Source: Monocercomonoides exilis PA203
Lineage: Eukaryota; Protista; Preaxostyla
NCBI GenBank assembly: GCA_001643675.2
Contig: LSRY02000008.1
Coordinates: forward strand, 1,736,001-1,800,000
Reading direction: 5' to 3'
DNA: 64,000 nucleotides
Below are positions 49,424-62,343 of the stretch, piece by piece. Position numbers and translations under genes: made by a program. The number at the start of each line of letters is the position of its first letter. The stretch's first letter is position 1. Under the pieces are notes generated by a model. The model saw nothing but the letters and a program-made list of their open reading frames with translations. It was not told where the DNA came from and made no database searches.

Positions 49424-50381
49424 GGTCGCATCCCTTTTTCCATCTTTTCTGCCCCTTCTTCATCGTCTGCTTTCCCCGTATCCCTTTTTCTTCTGTTGCA
49501 ATCTTCTGCTTGTTTTCAAAAATCCATTTTCTTTCATCGCTTTAATTGGCATTCGTAAAAAAATTCCAAGTACACAACAATACAAATATACAAGAAAAAT
49601 GAACGAAATAAAATCATTTATGAAATATATGAAAATCAGAAAAATAAGCATCAAGGCATAACCTTTGTGCAAGAAAAAAATAAAACAAAATAAAACAAAA
49701 CATACAATAAACCTTTTTATTCAATTTTTTTTTCGCTTACTCTTTCCAATTCGTCGTTTCTTCTTCTTCTTTTCCTCCTCCTCCTCCTCCTCTAAATATT
49801 GCTCCTTTTTGCTAACACACCCGCCTGCTCCATCTCTGCCGGCGATCCCGATGCCAATAGCATTTTCCCCATTTTGCTCAAAAGGAAAGAAAAGAAAATA
49901 GTCAAAGTCCAGTCCTCAGATTCCCTGATTCAAAAAACTTCAACAACTTGATTCCAATAAATAGATCAGAATGGCGAAGAAGGCAAAGAAGTAATTATTG
50001 AAGAAGTATTGAACGACAAATAGAAGGAGATGATAAAACTGATGAATCAGGAGAAGTGGATGATGATGATGTTGTTGTTGATGATGATGACCAAGAAGAA
50101 GTTATTTTAAAAATTATTTACAAAAAAGTTAGTGATTATAAATGAGCATTTGACAGCACCTTCACAGTTAGCAGCTCCAAGTGCTCCACCTCTATCTTTC
50201 TACTCCTCCTTCTTCGTTGTCTCAAAATCTTGCCAGGCAAAAATAATAAGAGAAGGGAAATTGAAAATAAGACGCTTGCAGATTTAAAGTTGAAGTGAAA
50301 TGAATTGAAATAGCCAAGGAACAATTTTTAGAAGAAAAATTGCATGAAGAAAATAAAATGAGCAGAAGAAGATGAGAAGGA

Positions 50382-51800
50382 TTAACGGCTAAAATTCGCT
50401 CCTGTTCTAATTGAACTCTTCTCTTTGCCTGTCCCAATGATTGAAATCTTCTTTTCCCCAATCTCAACTGTTGTTGCCTCACTCACATGATTCCCTTCCA
50501 GCAGCGTGACTGTCAAGCTAATCTGCACCTCACACATCTCAAACGCTTTCTTCACTGTCAGACACGGATATGTTGTATTTGCCCCACAAAGTGGAGTAGT
50601 ATCATTCCCATTCACAGAAACATATATCGTCTTGTCCTTCAGCCAATCCTTCTTTTCCGTGTGCTGATAAGACCAAACACTTGCATTTGCATAATTGTAT
50701 GCATAGCACACTCTCTTGTCATCTGTGTTTGTGGTGTAGCATTCTTTGAACGGATTGTCTGAAGATAAAAAGACACTGTAGTAATCATTATACATAACGT
50801 CATGACCGTAAGAGGGGTTGTTATAACATTTGCACTCGTGGAAGAAAAGGAAATAACAATAGATTCCATCATCAGGTGCTGTTGGCCTGTTTGGATACAA
50901 TCTCATTCCTCCGCCCTCTTGCCGTGCTGAACATGAGATAAACTGCATGCTCCTCATTTTGAATGCAACTGGAACAGCAGCACAATACATACCTCCGCCG
51001 TAATAATTTGTAACCGAGCACGAAGTGAAACTGCAGTCAAACACACACGCACTCTCCCCTTCTCCATTTTCTGTTGGGATGCATCCTGTTCCTGAAACAT
51101 TAAAATTGTTAAGATTAAGACCACCTCCATAGCTATTTGCTTTGCAATTCTGGAATTCACAATCGCTGATCAGAACACATGATGAAATCGTATAAATAAG
51201 CATTCCACCCCCATAATGATTCTGAGCTGTGCATGCATTAAATGAGTTGTTCTCTATTTTAACTTCTTTTATGCTTGCGCACATTATTCCCCCTCCACGA
51301 CTGTATGCAAAACAATTATTAAATATACAATGGGAAACAGACACAGAGGCAGATGATAAACCATTCACACAGATTGCCCCTCCGCTCGATTCTCCATCCG
51401 TCCATGAATCACTGCTTCCTGTTGTTTTCGATCCGTTCCACTCGCACCAAGTGAATGTATTCGGTCCATTGTCAGTAATGTTTTGCCTCCCTGGATTCAA
51501 CTTTCCATCTGAAGTTCCTTCACATACAACGTTTCTTGTCCGGCAGCATCCAATGAATGAGGTGTTTGAAGCTGTCAAAGAGGCCAAGGGGTTGTTGAGG
51601 GAATGAACAATCCCGCTATCATAAACGTCACAAACTGATGAGAATGAGCAGCTGTTCATCATACACGTGGTTTGGGTTGACGTAGTTGTTGAAGGCAAGC
51701 ATGCATCATTTGCTGTTGAAATGTTGAAAAATGACAGGTGAGAGAGGGATACAAGGGGTATGGAAGGTGATGAAAGAAATGCTGTTGAAGATGAGATAAG
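50382..51800 (-). CDS. Beta-helix cassette 10 (438-aa ORF plus open upstream framework, type B)
   Basis: ORF 50382-51698. The upstream frame reads AFLSSPSIPLVSLSHLSFFNISTANDAC. Ends SSIRTGANFSR*. Confidence 0.85.
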   Translation of the reverse strand, partial: LISSSTAFLSSPSIPLVSLSHLSFFNISTANDACLPSTTTSTQTTCMMNSCSFSSVCDVYDSGIVHSLNNPLASLTASNTSFIGCCRTRNVVCEGTSDGKLNPGRQNITDNGPNTFTWCEWNGSKTTGSSDSWTDGESSGGAICVNGLSSASVSVSHCIFNNCFAYSRGGGIMCASIKEVKIENNSFNACTAQNHYGGGMLIYTISSCVLISDCEFQNCKANSYGGGLNLNNFNVSGTGCIPTENGEGESACVFDCSFTSCSVTNYYGGGMYCAAVPVAFKMRSMQFISCSARQEGGGMRLYPNRPTAPDDGIYCYFLFFHECKCYNNPSYGHDVMYNDYYSVFLSSDNPFKECYTTNTDDKRVCYAYNYANASVWSYQHTEKKDWLKDKTIYVSVNGNDTTPLCGANTTYPCLTVKKAFEMCEVQISLTVTLLEGNHVSEATTVEIGEKKISIIGTGKEKSSIRTGANFSR

Positions 51801-52024
51801 AGATTCGCATGTCGAAACGCTTCCATCTTCACCTCCTTATCTTCTCCTTGCTCTTGGAGTCATGTCGCAAAATATCTCAAGAAGCTCATATCCCATTGTC
51901 TTGCCTCTTCCACTTCTTTTGATTACATGCTCTCTTTAAATATCTTTTTCTCCGCTTTTCTCCTTTTGCCTTCTTTCCATATTCCATTCGCATTCTTCGC
52001 TTTTGAATGTTAGCACAAAAGTCC

Positions 52025-52099
52025 CTGTTATGATTAAACAATTAAGAAAAAATATTAAAAATACATAAAATTGTTATTAAAAATATCACAAATCAGTAC
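52025..52099 (-). other. Putative intron in leader of cassette 10
   Basis: GTACTG...AACAG, homologous context. Confidence 0.6.
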
Positions 52100-53069
52100 C
52101 ATTTTCTTTTTGCAATCTGCTTCCTTTTCTTCATCTTCATTTCCTTCTTGACTTCCTGTCACATTTCTTCTTCAGCCATTTCTTCAATTTTCCGATTATT
52201 CTTTTCCGTCGCTTCGCCTTCTTCTTTTTCAAAATTTAACATAAATCTTCAAAGGTCTCCTCTTCCATTCATTTCATTTAAAACCTCTGGCTTATTCATC
52301 TATATTCTCAAAAAAATTGTCATTGCCTGATTTCTGAAAAGCATCCAGCATGCTCTTTCCCCCATGTTCATTCATTCCCTGAAAATGTCCTTCCATAAAT
52401 CTTAATCCCTCAAAAAAAAAAATAAAATGTTTGAAAAATTGGAGGAAAAAAATAATACAAAACAAACTCTGAAATATATTTATCGCCAATCTTCACACAC
52501 TTTCTTCTTCTTCTTCGAGTGCCTCTCAAAATATTGTTCTTTTCTGCCAACAACATCCAGCTGATCTGTCTCCGCTGCCAATCTCAACATCAATGAAAGT
52601 GATTCTGTTCTGCTTCCAAAAATTTGCTTATTTCCAATTCTTGGCGCTGATTCCACTCGAATAACACATAAATAATAAAAATCCATTAAAATGATTTGGT
52701 GAAGAAGAAGAAGATAATGACCAAGAAGGGATAAAATTGACATATAATTTCAATTTCCGAAAAGGAGCATACAAAAACAATGATGGTGAAGAAGATGATG
52801 AAGAAATATAAAAATTAGTTGCATTCGATGAAGAATAAATATTTGCAGAAGGTGATGAAGGTGATGAAGGTGATAATCAAAAGTGAAGAGAAAAATACAC
52901 GATTTCATATCATTTGGAGGTGCATATGGAAACACGATTGCGATGTTGGTGATGAAAACAATAAGGCTGAAGAAGAAAGGGGAGAATAGACGGAATAGTT
53001 GAAGAAGACAATGAAGACGATGAAGAGGATGAATAAGATGTTAAGGAAATTTCATATGAAAGATAATTT

Positions 53070-53990
53070 TCTGTTGGAAGATATCCTCAACATAACAATC
53101 TCGTTCTCTGCTCCAGTTGCAAATACTTCGATGGCACAATGCCTAATGCGATAGCAAAATGACTCAAATCCATTTTGCCTATCATTTGCCTCCAGCTGCT
53201 TGCATCACGCCAAATTGTCTGTATTTCTCGGATTTTCGCCCCTCAACCCAAGCAATCAAGTGCCATTCTACCCCTTTCACCTCGTTCCATAAAATCAATG
53301 TCTTGCCCTTCTTCTCCAAAGAAAGGCACCTTGTTCTGCTCCAATTGCCTCCAATGTCCTGTTTCAGTCACTTGTCCCAATCTCTTCAACAAAATTTTTT
53401 GAAAATGTCCCCGCCATCTTCAAATGGTGCTCCCATTTCATAGAGATTGGCTGTTCTTCCTTTTTGCCTTGGATGTCTTCCAACCCCGTTCATTTCCGCT
53501 CCATCAAAATTCATTTTTCATCGCATTTCGAAACATCGCGCATGTTGAGTCCATTATAAGTCACATAAACATTTGTAACAAAATACATTCAGGCTCTAAT
53601 ATATTTGTAAGGTAACATTTGTCTCGCTTCCTCGTTGTTCTGCTCTGCATAGAATAAATTGTCCATTTTATATAAGTTGTCTGAATCACGACTTTGGAGA
53701 GGATACGGATGGAAATATCTTCACAACATATAGCACAATGTAAAATACATACATTGAAAATTCTTCATTTCCATCGAAAATATTGTTGCTTCACAGTTCT
53801 CCATCAATCAATATGAACAATTTCATCTTCCATTAAACAGATATTGTTTTTGTAATACCCAACCTTTTCACTGGAAATATTTCACTTAGTCAACCTGTCT
53901 TTGTTTTAGCTTCGGAATCTGACCCCGTTGACAGTTTCTGAGCATTTGGCAAAACTTGATCATTTTCCATAACGAATAAGGGCCACAAAA
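53070..53990 (-). other. Core element copy 5
   Basis: Reverse-complement homolog of 1400-2340. Confidence 0.75.
53690..53726 (-). other. Conserved 37-nt motif
   Basis: Exact reverse complement of 1686-1722. Confidence 0.8.
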
Positions 53991-56014
53991 GAAAAGAAAG
54001 TCCTACTCGATGCATTGTGGCTGAATGGACATATAAAGGCAATGTGATTAAAAAAATATGTATTTCTGGTGTGGGGTGATGGAGCTGAGCTTTTGGAGGG
54101 GCAGGGTTACGAAGGGGAAAGGAGCGATAAAAGGATGTTTTTTGTGGAAAAGAGGTGTTTTCGTGAGATTTCAGAGGCAAAATGGATGTGTGGCGGATAG
54201 ATAGGGATGAGATTTAGAGGGGTTGTTTTTGAGATTTTTATCATTGGGAAGGTGTTGAGGCAGTGTTTATTATTTGAGAAAAGGAATTTGTTGTTGAGAA
54301 GGTGGGATAAGATGGAAAACAAGAAGGGCCGAAAATGAGTGGAGTGAATGGAATATATTTATTGGAGGAGAGGACGAGAAATGGAGAGATATGTGGAGGA
54401 GGTGTTATTTATTTTCAAATGCAGGGAGAGAGAGGAGGGCTCATATGAGGCGGAACAAGAAGAAAAATTTTTGTGAGTGCGTGTATAATTAGAGAGGGAA
54501 GCGGGGTTGAAGGGGAAAAAAAAGTGAGAGATATTTTTTTAATCTTTTTTAATTTTTTATTGAAAGGACCGTTTGGCCGCGCCTCTCATTTGCAGGACAA
54601 GTGTTGGAGGCGGATGCGGAGGAAGACGGGAAGAAGGAACATCAGCGCTGGCACTTTGCATTGGAGGTGTGGAGACAGAGGAAGATGAGGAGCTGACTAT
54701 GGGAGGTGTTTTGCAATGGAAAGAGACAGAAAAAGGATGGAGATATTTATATTTTTTTGGTTGGAAGAAGGGGAATGGGAGATGGGGAGACAGGGACTGT
54801 GATATTTGGCGTGGTGGTATTGTTGTTGTTTTGGGGGGAAATGGAGAGAAGAAGAAGAGGTTTTGCGAAAAGAGATGGGAAGGGGTTATTCAGATGGAAT
54901 CTTCTTCTTTACCAGTTTTTTATGGAATGGAGTTTGTGGAGGTTATTTGAGTGGAAGAAGAATAGAGGGTTGTGGTTTGATTAATATTTATTTGAGGAAG
55001 CAGAAAAGAAGCGAAGGCGGGAAAGATGGGCTTTGTTGGCAGAACGGAGAAATATTTAGAAAAGTAGAAAGAAAAAAGTCGCGAAGGGGGGTTGCTATAA
55101 AAGGCATGAATATATATTTTTTTATTACGATTTTTCATATATTATTTTTGTTGAAATCAGGGTTTTTGCAAAGATATTTTATGCAAATGAATGAACATGG
55201 AATATGGAAAGAGAGGATTAAAAATGCATAAAAGAAGTCTGGATGAAATAAATGAAGGGGCGCATAGAGGAGTGAGCTGGAGGAGAAATGCGAAATGAAA
55301 TGAAAGAAAGATAATTTTGAAGGTTTTGGAAGGAGTGCTGGACAAATGTGGTTGAAAGCAAAAAGAGAGAATGGGAAAATGATGAAAAGACAAAAAACAT
55401 GCACAAATAATTGAGAAGAAGAAAAGAAAGTGTGCCTAACAAAGAAGAAAAAGAAAGAGAAAGGAATTTTAGAGAAAACTTGATGTGAGAGGCTTTTATG
55501 AGGAAATAATTCAAAAATTTGGAGAAAGTTCTAAAAAGAAGATGGAAATATACCTCGGAATATTAATCAAAATAAAAGGCTTGAAGATAGAGGTCACACT
55601 CCGCGTCTATTTCAGAAGGGTTTGTTTTTGCGGGAGATAACGGAAGGGACGAGGAAGCGAGGAATGCGGTGATTCTTTGACAAAAGTTGGCAAGATTGAA
55701 GGATAAAAAAGGTATGATATTTTTATTAATTATATTATTTGACTATTTTTTATATGATTTATTGTTTTTTCTTTCTATTTGTTTGAACAAAATTGTTTTT
55801 GCTTGCGTTTTCTAAAACAGCGAGGAAAAGCAGAATAAGATCAGACGATAGAAAGTGAAGGGCAATGAGCAGAATCAGCGTGGGAAAGAGCTTTATAGGA
55901 TCATTAATAATAAAAAGGCATTGGCAGTGAAGGTTCTTTTACACATTTTTTAAACAAGATACTTTATATGAGCAGCGAAAAAGGAAGGAAAAGAGTTTTA
56001 GGGGTATTGGAATT

Positions 56015-57904
56015 ATGATGAAAATAATATTGAGAGGGGTTGGGAGAGGAAGGGATGAAGGAGGACAACGAGGTGGTGAAGAAAGAGGTGGAAAAGGAAG
56101 AGGAGAAGAAAGAGAAGAAGAAAGTGAAGGAGGTGGGAGTGTGTTTGTGTGTGAGTCGAATTTCTCATCTTTTTGTGTGTCTTCAGCCCCGTTTCTGGCA
56201 CCTCCTCTGACACGCCTTGTGACACTCACCCGACTGACCTTCTTCAACATCTCCACAAATCCACCAAAAATAACACATCTGGATGAAGGGCCGAGCCAAA
56301 GAGTGTTTCTGATGAGTGGATGTGAATTTGTGTTGGTATGGGATGTGTATGATGGGGGCATTGTCCCCTCGCTCAACAGCCCTTCATCGTCATTGGCTGC
56401 CTCGAACACCTCGTTTGTCAGGTGCTATCGCACTCAGAATGTTGAAGTCAATGGGAGTGAAGGGAATCCATCGAAACCAGCGAGACAGCAGATAGCAGAC
56501 AATGGGGCGAATTCGTTCACTTGGTGTGTGTGGAATGGGTCAAATACAACTGGAACAAACTCTGGTTATTCTTATGGAGATTCAAATGGCGGAGCGATTT
56601 ACATGTATAACAAGGCATCAGGAACACTTTCAGTGAAGTTTTGTTCGTTCAATGATTGTTATGCGCATTATGATGGCGGAGGAATATTGTGTGTTTCAAT
56701 CAATTCTATCAAGATTGAGAACAACTCGTTCAATGCTTGTACAGCAAAAAATTGGGCTGGAGGAGGATTGTATGCTAATTCGATTTCGTCATGTGTCAGG
56801 ATCAGCGGTTGCGAATTCAAGAGTTGCAAAGCGAAAAATTATGGAGGAGGTTTATGTCTCGATTCTTTTAATGTTTCTGGAACCAATTGTATTGGAACAG
56901 AAAGTGGGAAAGGGGAGAGCGCTTGTGTGTTTGAGTGTTTCTTCGCTTCGTGCTCTCTTACAAATTCTTATGGCGGAGGGATGTATTGTTATGGTGTCCC
57001 ATCTGCTTTCAAAATGAGGAGCCTCCAATTTATTTCTTGCTCAGCAGTGTCATATGGTGGAGGATTTTGGTTTAATCCAAGCCAATCAACAGCTCCAGGC
57101 AACAAGCTTTATTGCTATTTCTTCTTCTTCCACGATTGCAGTTGCAATGCCTCCACTCCATATGGACACGATGTAATGTATTACGATTATTACAATCTCT
57201 TCTCATCGAATAACCCATTCTGTGAATCGTATACAACGAATAGCGATGCAAACAGATTATGCTATGCTTATTATTCAGGCAGTTGGCAATATCAGCATAC
57301 ACAAAAGAAGGATTGGCTGAAGGAAGGGATGAAGGATCGGTATGTTGGGGTGAGCGGAGATGATACAAACAATCTGTGTGGGATGAGTGAGGCAGCGCCG
57401 TGCAAGACAGTGGGGCATGCAGTGGGGTCGAGCATGGCGCAGCTGAGCTCGACAATCACAGTGCTGGGTGGGAGGCATGTGAGCGAAGAGAAGACGATCA
57501 GTGTTGGGGGAAAGAAGATTTCTGTTTTGGGGAGAGGGAAGACGGTGAGTGTGATTGGGACAAGTGCGCTTTCTCCGCCTGCAACAACGCTGTTCAGCAT
57601 ATCTTCTGGCCAACTGGAGGTGGGGCATGTGGGGATCGATCACAACGCGACAAGAAGCTCATCGCCGAGTGTGTTTGTGGTGTCACTGGGGAGCGGGACG
57701 CTTTTGCTGGAGGATGTGGTGATCGACTCTTCGACATCAGGTGGGAATGGAATGACGAAGTGTGTGTTTGAAGTGGCACTGAGGCAGCTGAAAACGATTG
57801 ATGTGGAGATAGAAAATATGAAAGTGAGCCAACTTCTGTTTGTCGAACCATCATCAGTAGGATTGGCATTGAGAGAATATTATTTATTGTTTATTTTGTT
57901 CTGA
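56015..57904 (+). CDS. Beta-helix cassette 11 (629 aa, divergent subfamily, type C module)
   Basis: ATG-initiated uninterrupted ORF with family motifs. Module WLKEGMKDRYVGVSGDD..CGMSEAAPCKTV. No evident signal peptide or TM segment. Confidence 0.85.
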   Translation: MMKIILRGVGRGRDEGGQRGGEERGGKGRGEEREEESEGGGSVFVCESNFSSFCVSSAPFLAPPLTRLVTLTRLTFFNISTNPPKITHLDEGPSQRVFLMSGCEFVLVWDVYDGGIVPSLNSPSSSLAASNTSFVRCYRTQNVEVNGSEGNPSKPARQQIADNGANSFTWCVWNGSNTTGTNSGYSYGDSNGGAIYMYNKASGTLSVKFCSFNDCYAHYDGGGILCVSINSIKIENNSFNACTAKNWAGGGLYANSISSCVRISGCEFKSCKAKNYGGGLCLDSFNVSGTNCIGTESGKGESACVFECFFASCSLTNSYGGGMYCYGVPSAFKMRSLQFISCSAVSYGGGFWFNPSQSTAPGNKLYCYFFFFHDCSCNASTPYGHDVMYYDYYNLFSSNNPFCESYTTNSDANRLCYAYYSGSWQYQHTQKKDWLKEGMKDRYVGVSGDDTNNLCGMSEAAPCKTVGHAVGSSMAQLSSTITVLGGRHVSEEKTISVGGKKISVLGRGKTVSVIGTSALSPPATTLFSISSGQLEVGHVGIDHNATRSSSPSVFVVSLGSGTLLLEDVVIDSSTSGGNGMTKCVFEVALRQLKTIDVEIENMKVSQLLFVEPSSVGLALREYYLLFILF

Positions 57905-60454
57905 CCGCATAACACATTGACTGAAGAGAGAGAGAAAATAGAAATTCTGAGATTAACTTTTTAATATCATTTTTAGTGAAATGAAATATGATGAAGTGTT
58001 ATTTTGCATTGAGAATACGTATGCTTTACAAATTAGATTATTTTTTATGAATATGATTTGTTGATAAAAATTTTGTGGATGAGTGAAAAGATGGAATAAA
58101 TGAAAAAACACACAAAAAACAATGGTAAAATGATAAATTTTAAATGAATTCAAATATCTGTTTTTGACAAATTATTCCAAAAATGATTGTTATTTGAACA
58201 TTCTGATAAAAAAGTTTCAAAATATTTGAAAATAGAAACAAAAATCGAAAATGCTTTAATTATCAAGAAAATTGTATTTATCAATAATCATGATTTATCA
58301 TTCACTTTAGATTGCAATGATAATAAAATTATCATAGATTTATATATGAGTTGCTTCAGTCTTCTGATGATTGTGAATCATGAACACCACAGATAATCTT
58401 GTTTCAATGAGTATATTATTGTGAAGGTATTGAATATATTCAAACTCTGAAAAATATATTATTTTCATTTTTTATAAAAAAAATAATTTAAAAGATAAGA
58501 GAAGAAATTGTGTCAAATCATTTACAGGGATCTGTATTGTTTTCAAAAATTAATTCAAATAGACATTTGTTCATAAATGGGTGATTATTCTTGAAATCAA
58601 ACAATATTTCTGGGAGTGAATTATTTCCTTTCTCACTTTTCAATGAAGTTATTTGTGTTGAATTGAAATTGACACAGAGAATGGTGATGAACAATAAATG
58701 TGATGTTTTTTCATTTTTGAAAGTCATTTGATGTTGTTTTCCAACAATCATCAAAAATCTGAATTTATTGACAGAACGTGTCTGATCTCAAAAAAATGGA
58801 TTAGCCTTGAATAGCATAATCCTCAAGCCAATGAATCATTGTTGGAATGGTATCAACAATTTATCCTTAGAAAAAGACATTTCATCTTGAAACACTCAGC
58901 TCTTGCTCGTTTCTCAATGATCGTTTGTTGTTGAGTCTTTTCATCTCAAACAAATGTTTTGACATATTTTTCTTCTTTATTCCTATTTCTTATTTTCAGA
59001 TGTCTCAACTTTTGTTGAAAAAGTGGAAAATTGAGAAAAAATTGGAATGACAAACTGAAAAGGAAAGGGGGATGGGTATTATTCTTTTTGAAAAGAAACA
59101 AATATTCATTTTAATTTCTGAAATGATTTTTGTGATTTTGTTTATCTTTTTTGTTCCAAAATTTTCAAATATCACGATTAATCAGCAAAAATATTCTATT
59201 TTTCCACATCAAAGAATGATTTCATTTCACATTCTCTTTTATTGAAATGAATATTTGTTTCTTTTCAAAAAGAATAATACCCATCCCCCTTTCCTCTTCA
59301 GTTTGTCATTCCAATTTTTTCTCAATTTTCCACTTTTTCAACAAAAGTTGAGACATCTGAAAATAAGAAATAGGAATAAAGAAGAAAAATATGTCAAAAC
59401 ATTTGTTTGAGATGAAAAGACTCAACAACAAACGATCATTGAGAAACGAGCAAGAGCTGAGTGTTTCAAGATGAAATGTCTTTTTCTAAGGATAAATTGT
59501 TGATACCATTCCAACAATGATTCATTGGCTTGAGGATTATGCTATTCAAGGCTAATCCATTTTTTTGAGATCAGACACGTTCTGTCAATAAATTCAGATT
59601 TTTGATGATTGTTGGAAAACAACATCAAATGACTTTCAAAAATGAAAAAACATCACATTTATTGTTCATCACCATTCTCTGTGTCAATTTCAATTCAACA
59701 CAAATAACTTCATTGAAAAGTGAGAAAGGAAATAATTCACTCCCAGAAATATTGTTTGATTTCAAGAATAATCACCCATTTATGAACAAATGTCTATTTG
59801 AATTAATTTTTGAAAACAATACAGATCCCTGTAAATGATTTGACACAATTTCTTCTCTTATCTTTTAAATTATTTTTTTTATAAAAAATGAAAATAATAT
59901 ATTTTTCAGAGTTTGAATATATTCAATACCTTCACAATAATATACTCATTGAAACAAGATTATCTGTGGTGTTCATGATTCACAATCATCAGAAGACTGA
60001 AGCAACTCATATATAAATCTATGATAATTTTATTATCATTGCAATCTAAAGTGAATGATAAATCATGATTATTGATAAATACAATTTTCTTGATAATTAA
60101 AGCATTTTCGATTTTTGTTTCTATTTTCAAATATTTTGAAACTTTTTTATCAGAATGTTCAAATAACAATCATTTTTGGAATAATTTGTCAAAAAAACAG
60201 ATATTTGAATTCATTTAAAATTTATCATTTTACCATTGTTTTTTGTGTGTTTTTTCATTTATTCCATCTTTTCACTCATCCACAAAATTTTTATCAACAA
60301 ATCATATTCATAAAAAAATAATCTAATTTGTAAAGCATACGTATTCTCAATGCAAAATAACACTTCATCATATTTCATTTCACTAAAAATGATATTAAAA
60401 AGTTAATCTCAGAATTTCTATTTTCTCTCTCTCTTCAGTCAATGTGTTATGCGG

Positions 60455-62343
60455 TCAGAACAAAATAAACAATAAATAATATTCTCTCAATGCCAATCCT
60501 ACTGATGATGGTTCGACAAACAGAAGTTGGCTCACTTTCATATTTTCTATCTCCACATCAATCGTTTTCAGCTGCCTCAGTGCCACTTCAAACACACACT
60601 TCGTCATTCCATTCCCACCTGATGTCGAAGAGTCGATCACCACATCCTCCAGCAAAAGCGTCCCGCTCCCCAGTGACACCACAAACACACTCGGCGATGA
60701 GCTTCTTGTCGCGTTGTGATCGATCCCCACATGCCCCACCTCCAGTTGGCCAGAAGATATGCTGAACAGCGTTGTTGCAGGCGGAGAAAGCGCACTTGTC
60801 CCAATCACACTCACCGTCTTCCCTCTCCCCAAAACAGAAATCTTCTTTCCCCCAACACTGATCGTCTTCTCTTCGCTCACATGCCTCCCACCCAGCACTG
60901 TGATTGTCGAGCTCAGCTGCGCCATGCTCGACCCCACTGCATGCCCCACTGTCTTGCACGGCGCTGCCTCACTCATCCCACACAGATTGTTTGTATCATC
61001 TCCGCTCACCCCAACATACCGATCCTTCATCCCTTCCTTCAGCCAATCCTTCTTTTGTGTATGCTGATATTGCCAACTGCCTGAATAATAAGCATAGCAT
61101 AATCTGTTTGCATCGCTATTCGTTGTATACGATTCACAGAATGGGTTATTCGATGAGAAGAGATTGTAATAATCGTAATACATTACATCGTGTCCATATG
61201 GAGTGGAGGCATTGCAACTGCAATCGTGGAAGAAGAAGAAATAGCAATAAAGCTTGTTGCCTGGAGCTGTTGATTGGCTTGGATTAAACCAAAATCCTCC
61301 ACCATATGACACTGCTGAGCAAGAAATAAATTGGAGGCTCCTCATTTTGAAAGCAGATGGGACACCATAACAATACATCCCTCCGCCATAAGAATTTGTA
61401 AGAGAGCACGAAGCGAAGAAACACTCAAACACACAAGCGCTCTCCCCTTTCCCACTTTCTGTTCCAATACAATTGGTTCCAGAAACATTAAAAGAATCGA
61501 GACATAAACCTCCTCCATAATTTTTCGCTTTGCAACTCTTGAATTCGCAACCGCTGATCCTGACACATGACGAAATCGAATTAGCATACAATCCTCCTCC
61601 AGCCCAATTTTTTGCTGTACAAGCATTGAACGAGTTGTTCTCAATCTTGATAGAATTGATTGAAACACACAATATTCCTCCGCCATCATAATGCGCATAA
61701 CAATCATTGAACGAACAAAACTTCACTGAAAGTGTTCCTGATGCCTTGTTATACATGTAAATCGCTCCGCCATTTGAATCTCCATAAGAATAACCAGAGT
61801 TTGTTCCAGTTGTATTTGACCCATTCCACACACACCAAGTGAACGAATTCGCCCCATTGTCTGCTATCTGCTGTCTCGCTGGTTTCGATGGATTCCCTTC
61901 ACTCCCATTGACTTCAACATTCTGAGTGCGATAGCACCTGACAAACGAGGTGTTCGAGGCAGCCAATGACGATGAAGGGCTGTTGAGCGAGGGACAATGC
62001 CCCCATCATACACATCCCATACCAACACAAATTCACATCCACTCATCAGAAACACTCTTTGGCTCGGCCCTTCATCCAGATGTGTTATTTTTGGTGGATT
62101 TGTGGAGATGTTGAAGAAGGTCAGTCGGGTGAGTGTCACAAGGCGTGTCAGAGGAGGTGCCAGAAACGGGGCTGAAGACACACAAAAAGATGAGAAATTC
62201 GACTCACACACAAACACACTCCCACCTCCTTCACTTTCTTCTTCTCTTTCTTCTCCTCTTCCTTTTCCACCTCTTTCTTCACCACCTCGTTGTCCTCCTT
62301 CATCCCTTCCTCTCCCAACCCCTCTCAATATTATTTTCATCAT
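60455..62343 (-). CDS. Beta-helix cassette 12; inverted copy of cassette 11
   Basis: Mirror of 56015-57904. One frameshift at a G-run (~61991, 3 vs 4 bases), probably a sequencing error. Confidence 0.85.

Noticed and set aside
53150-53560. Integrase-like reading of the core (RHPRQKGRTANL...DWDK*LKQ)
   Set aside because: Resemblance is superficial, the frame is not consistent between copies, and no DDE triad could be traced.
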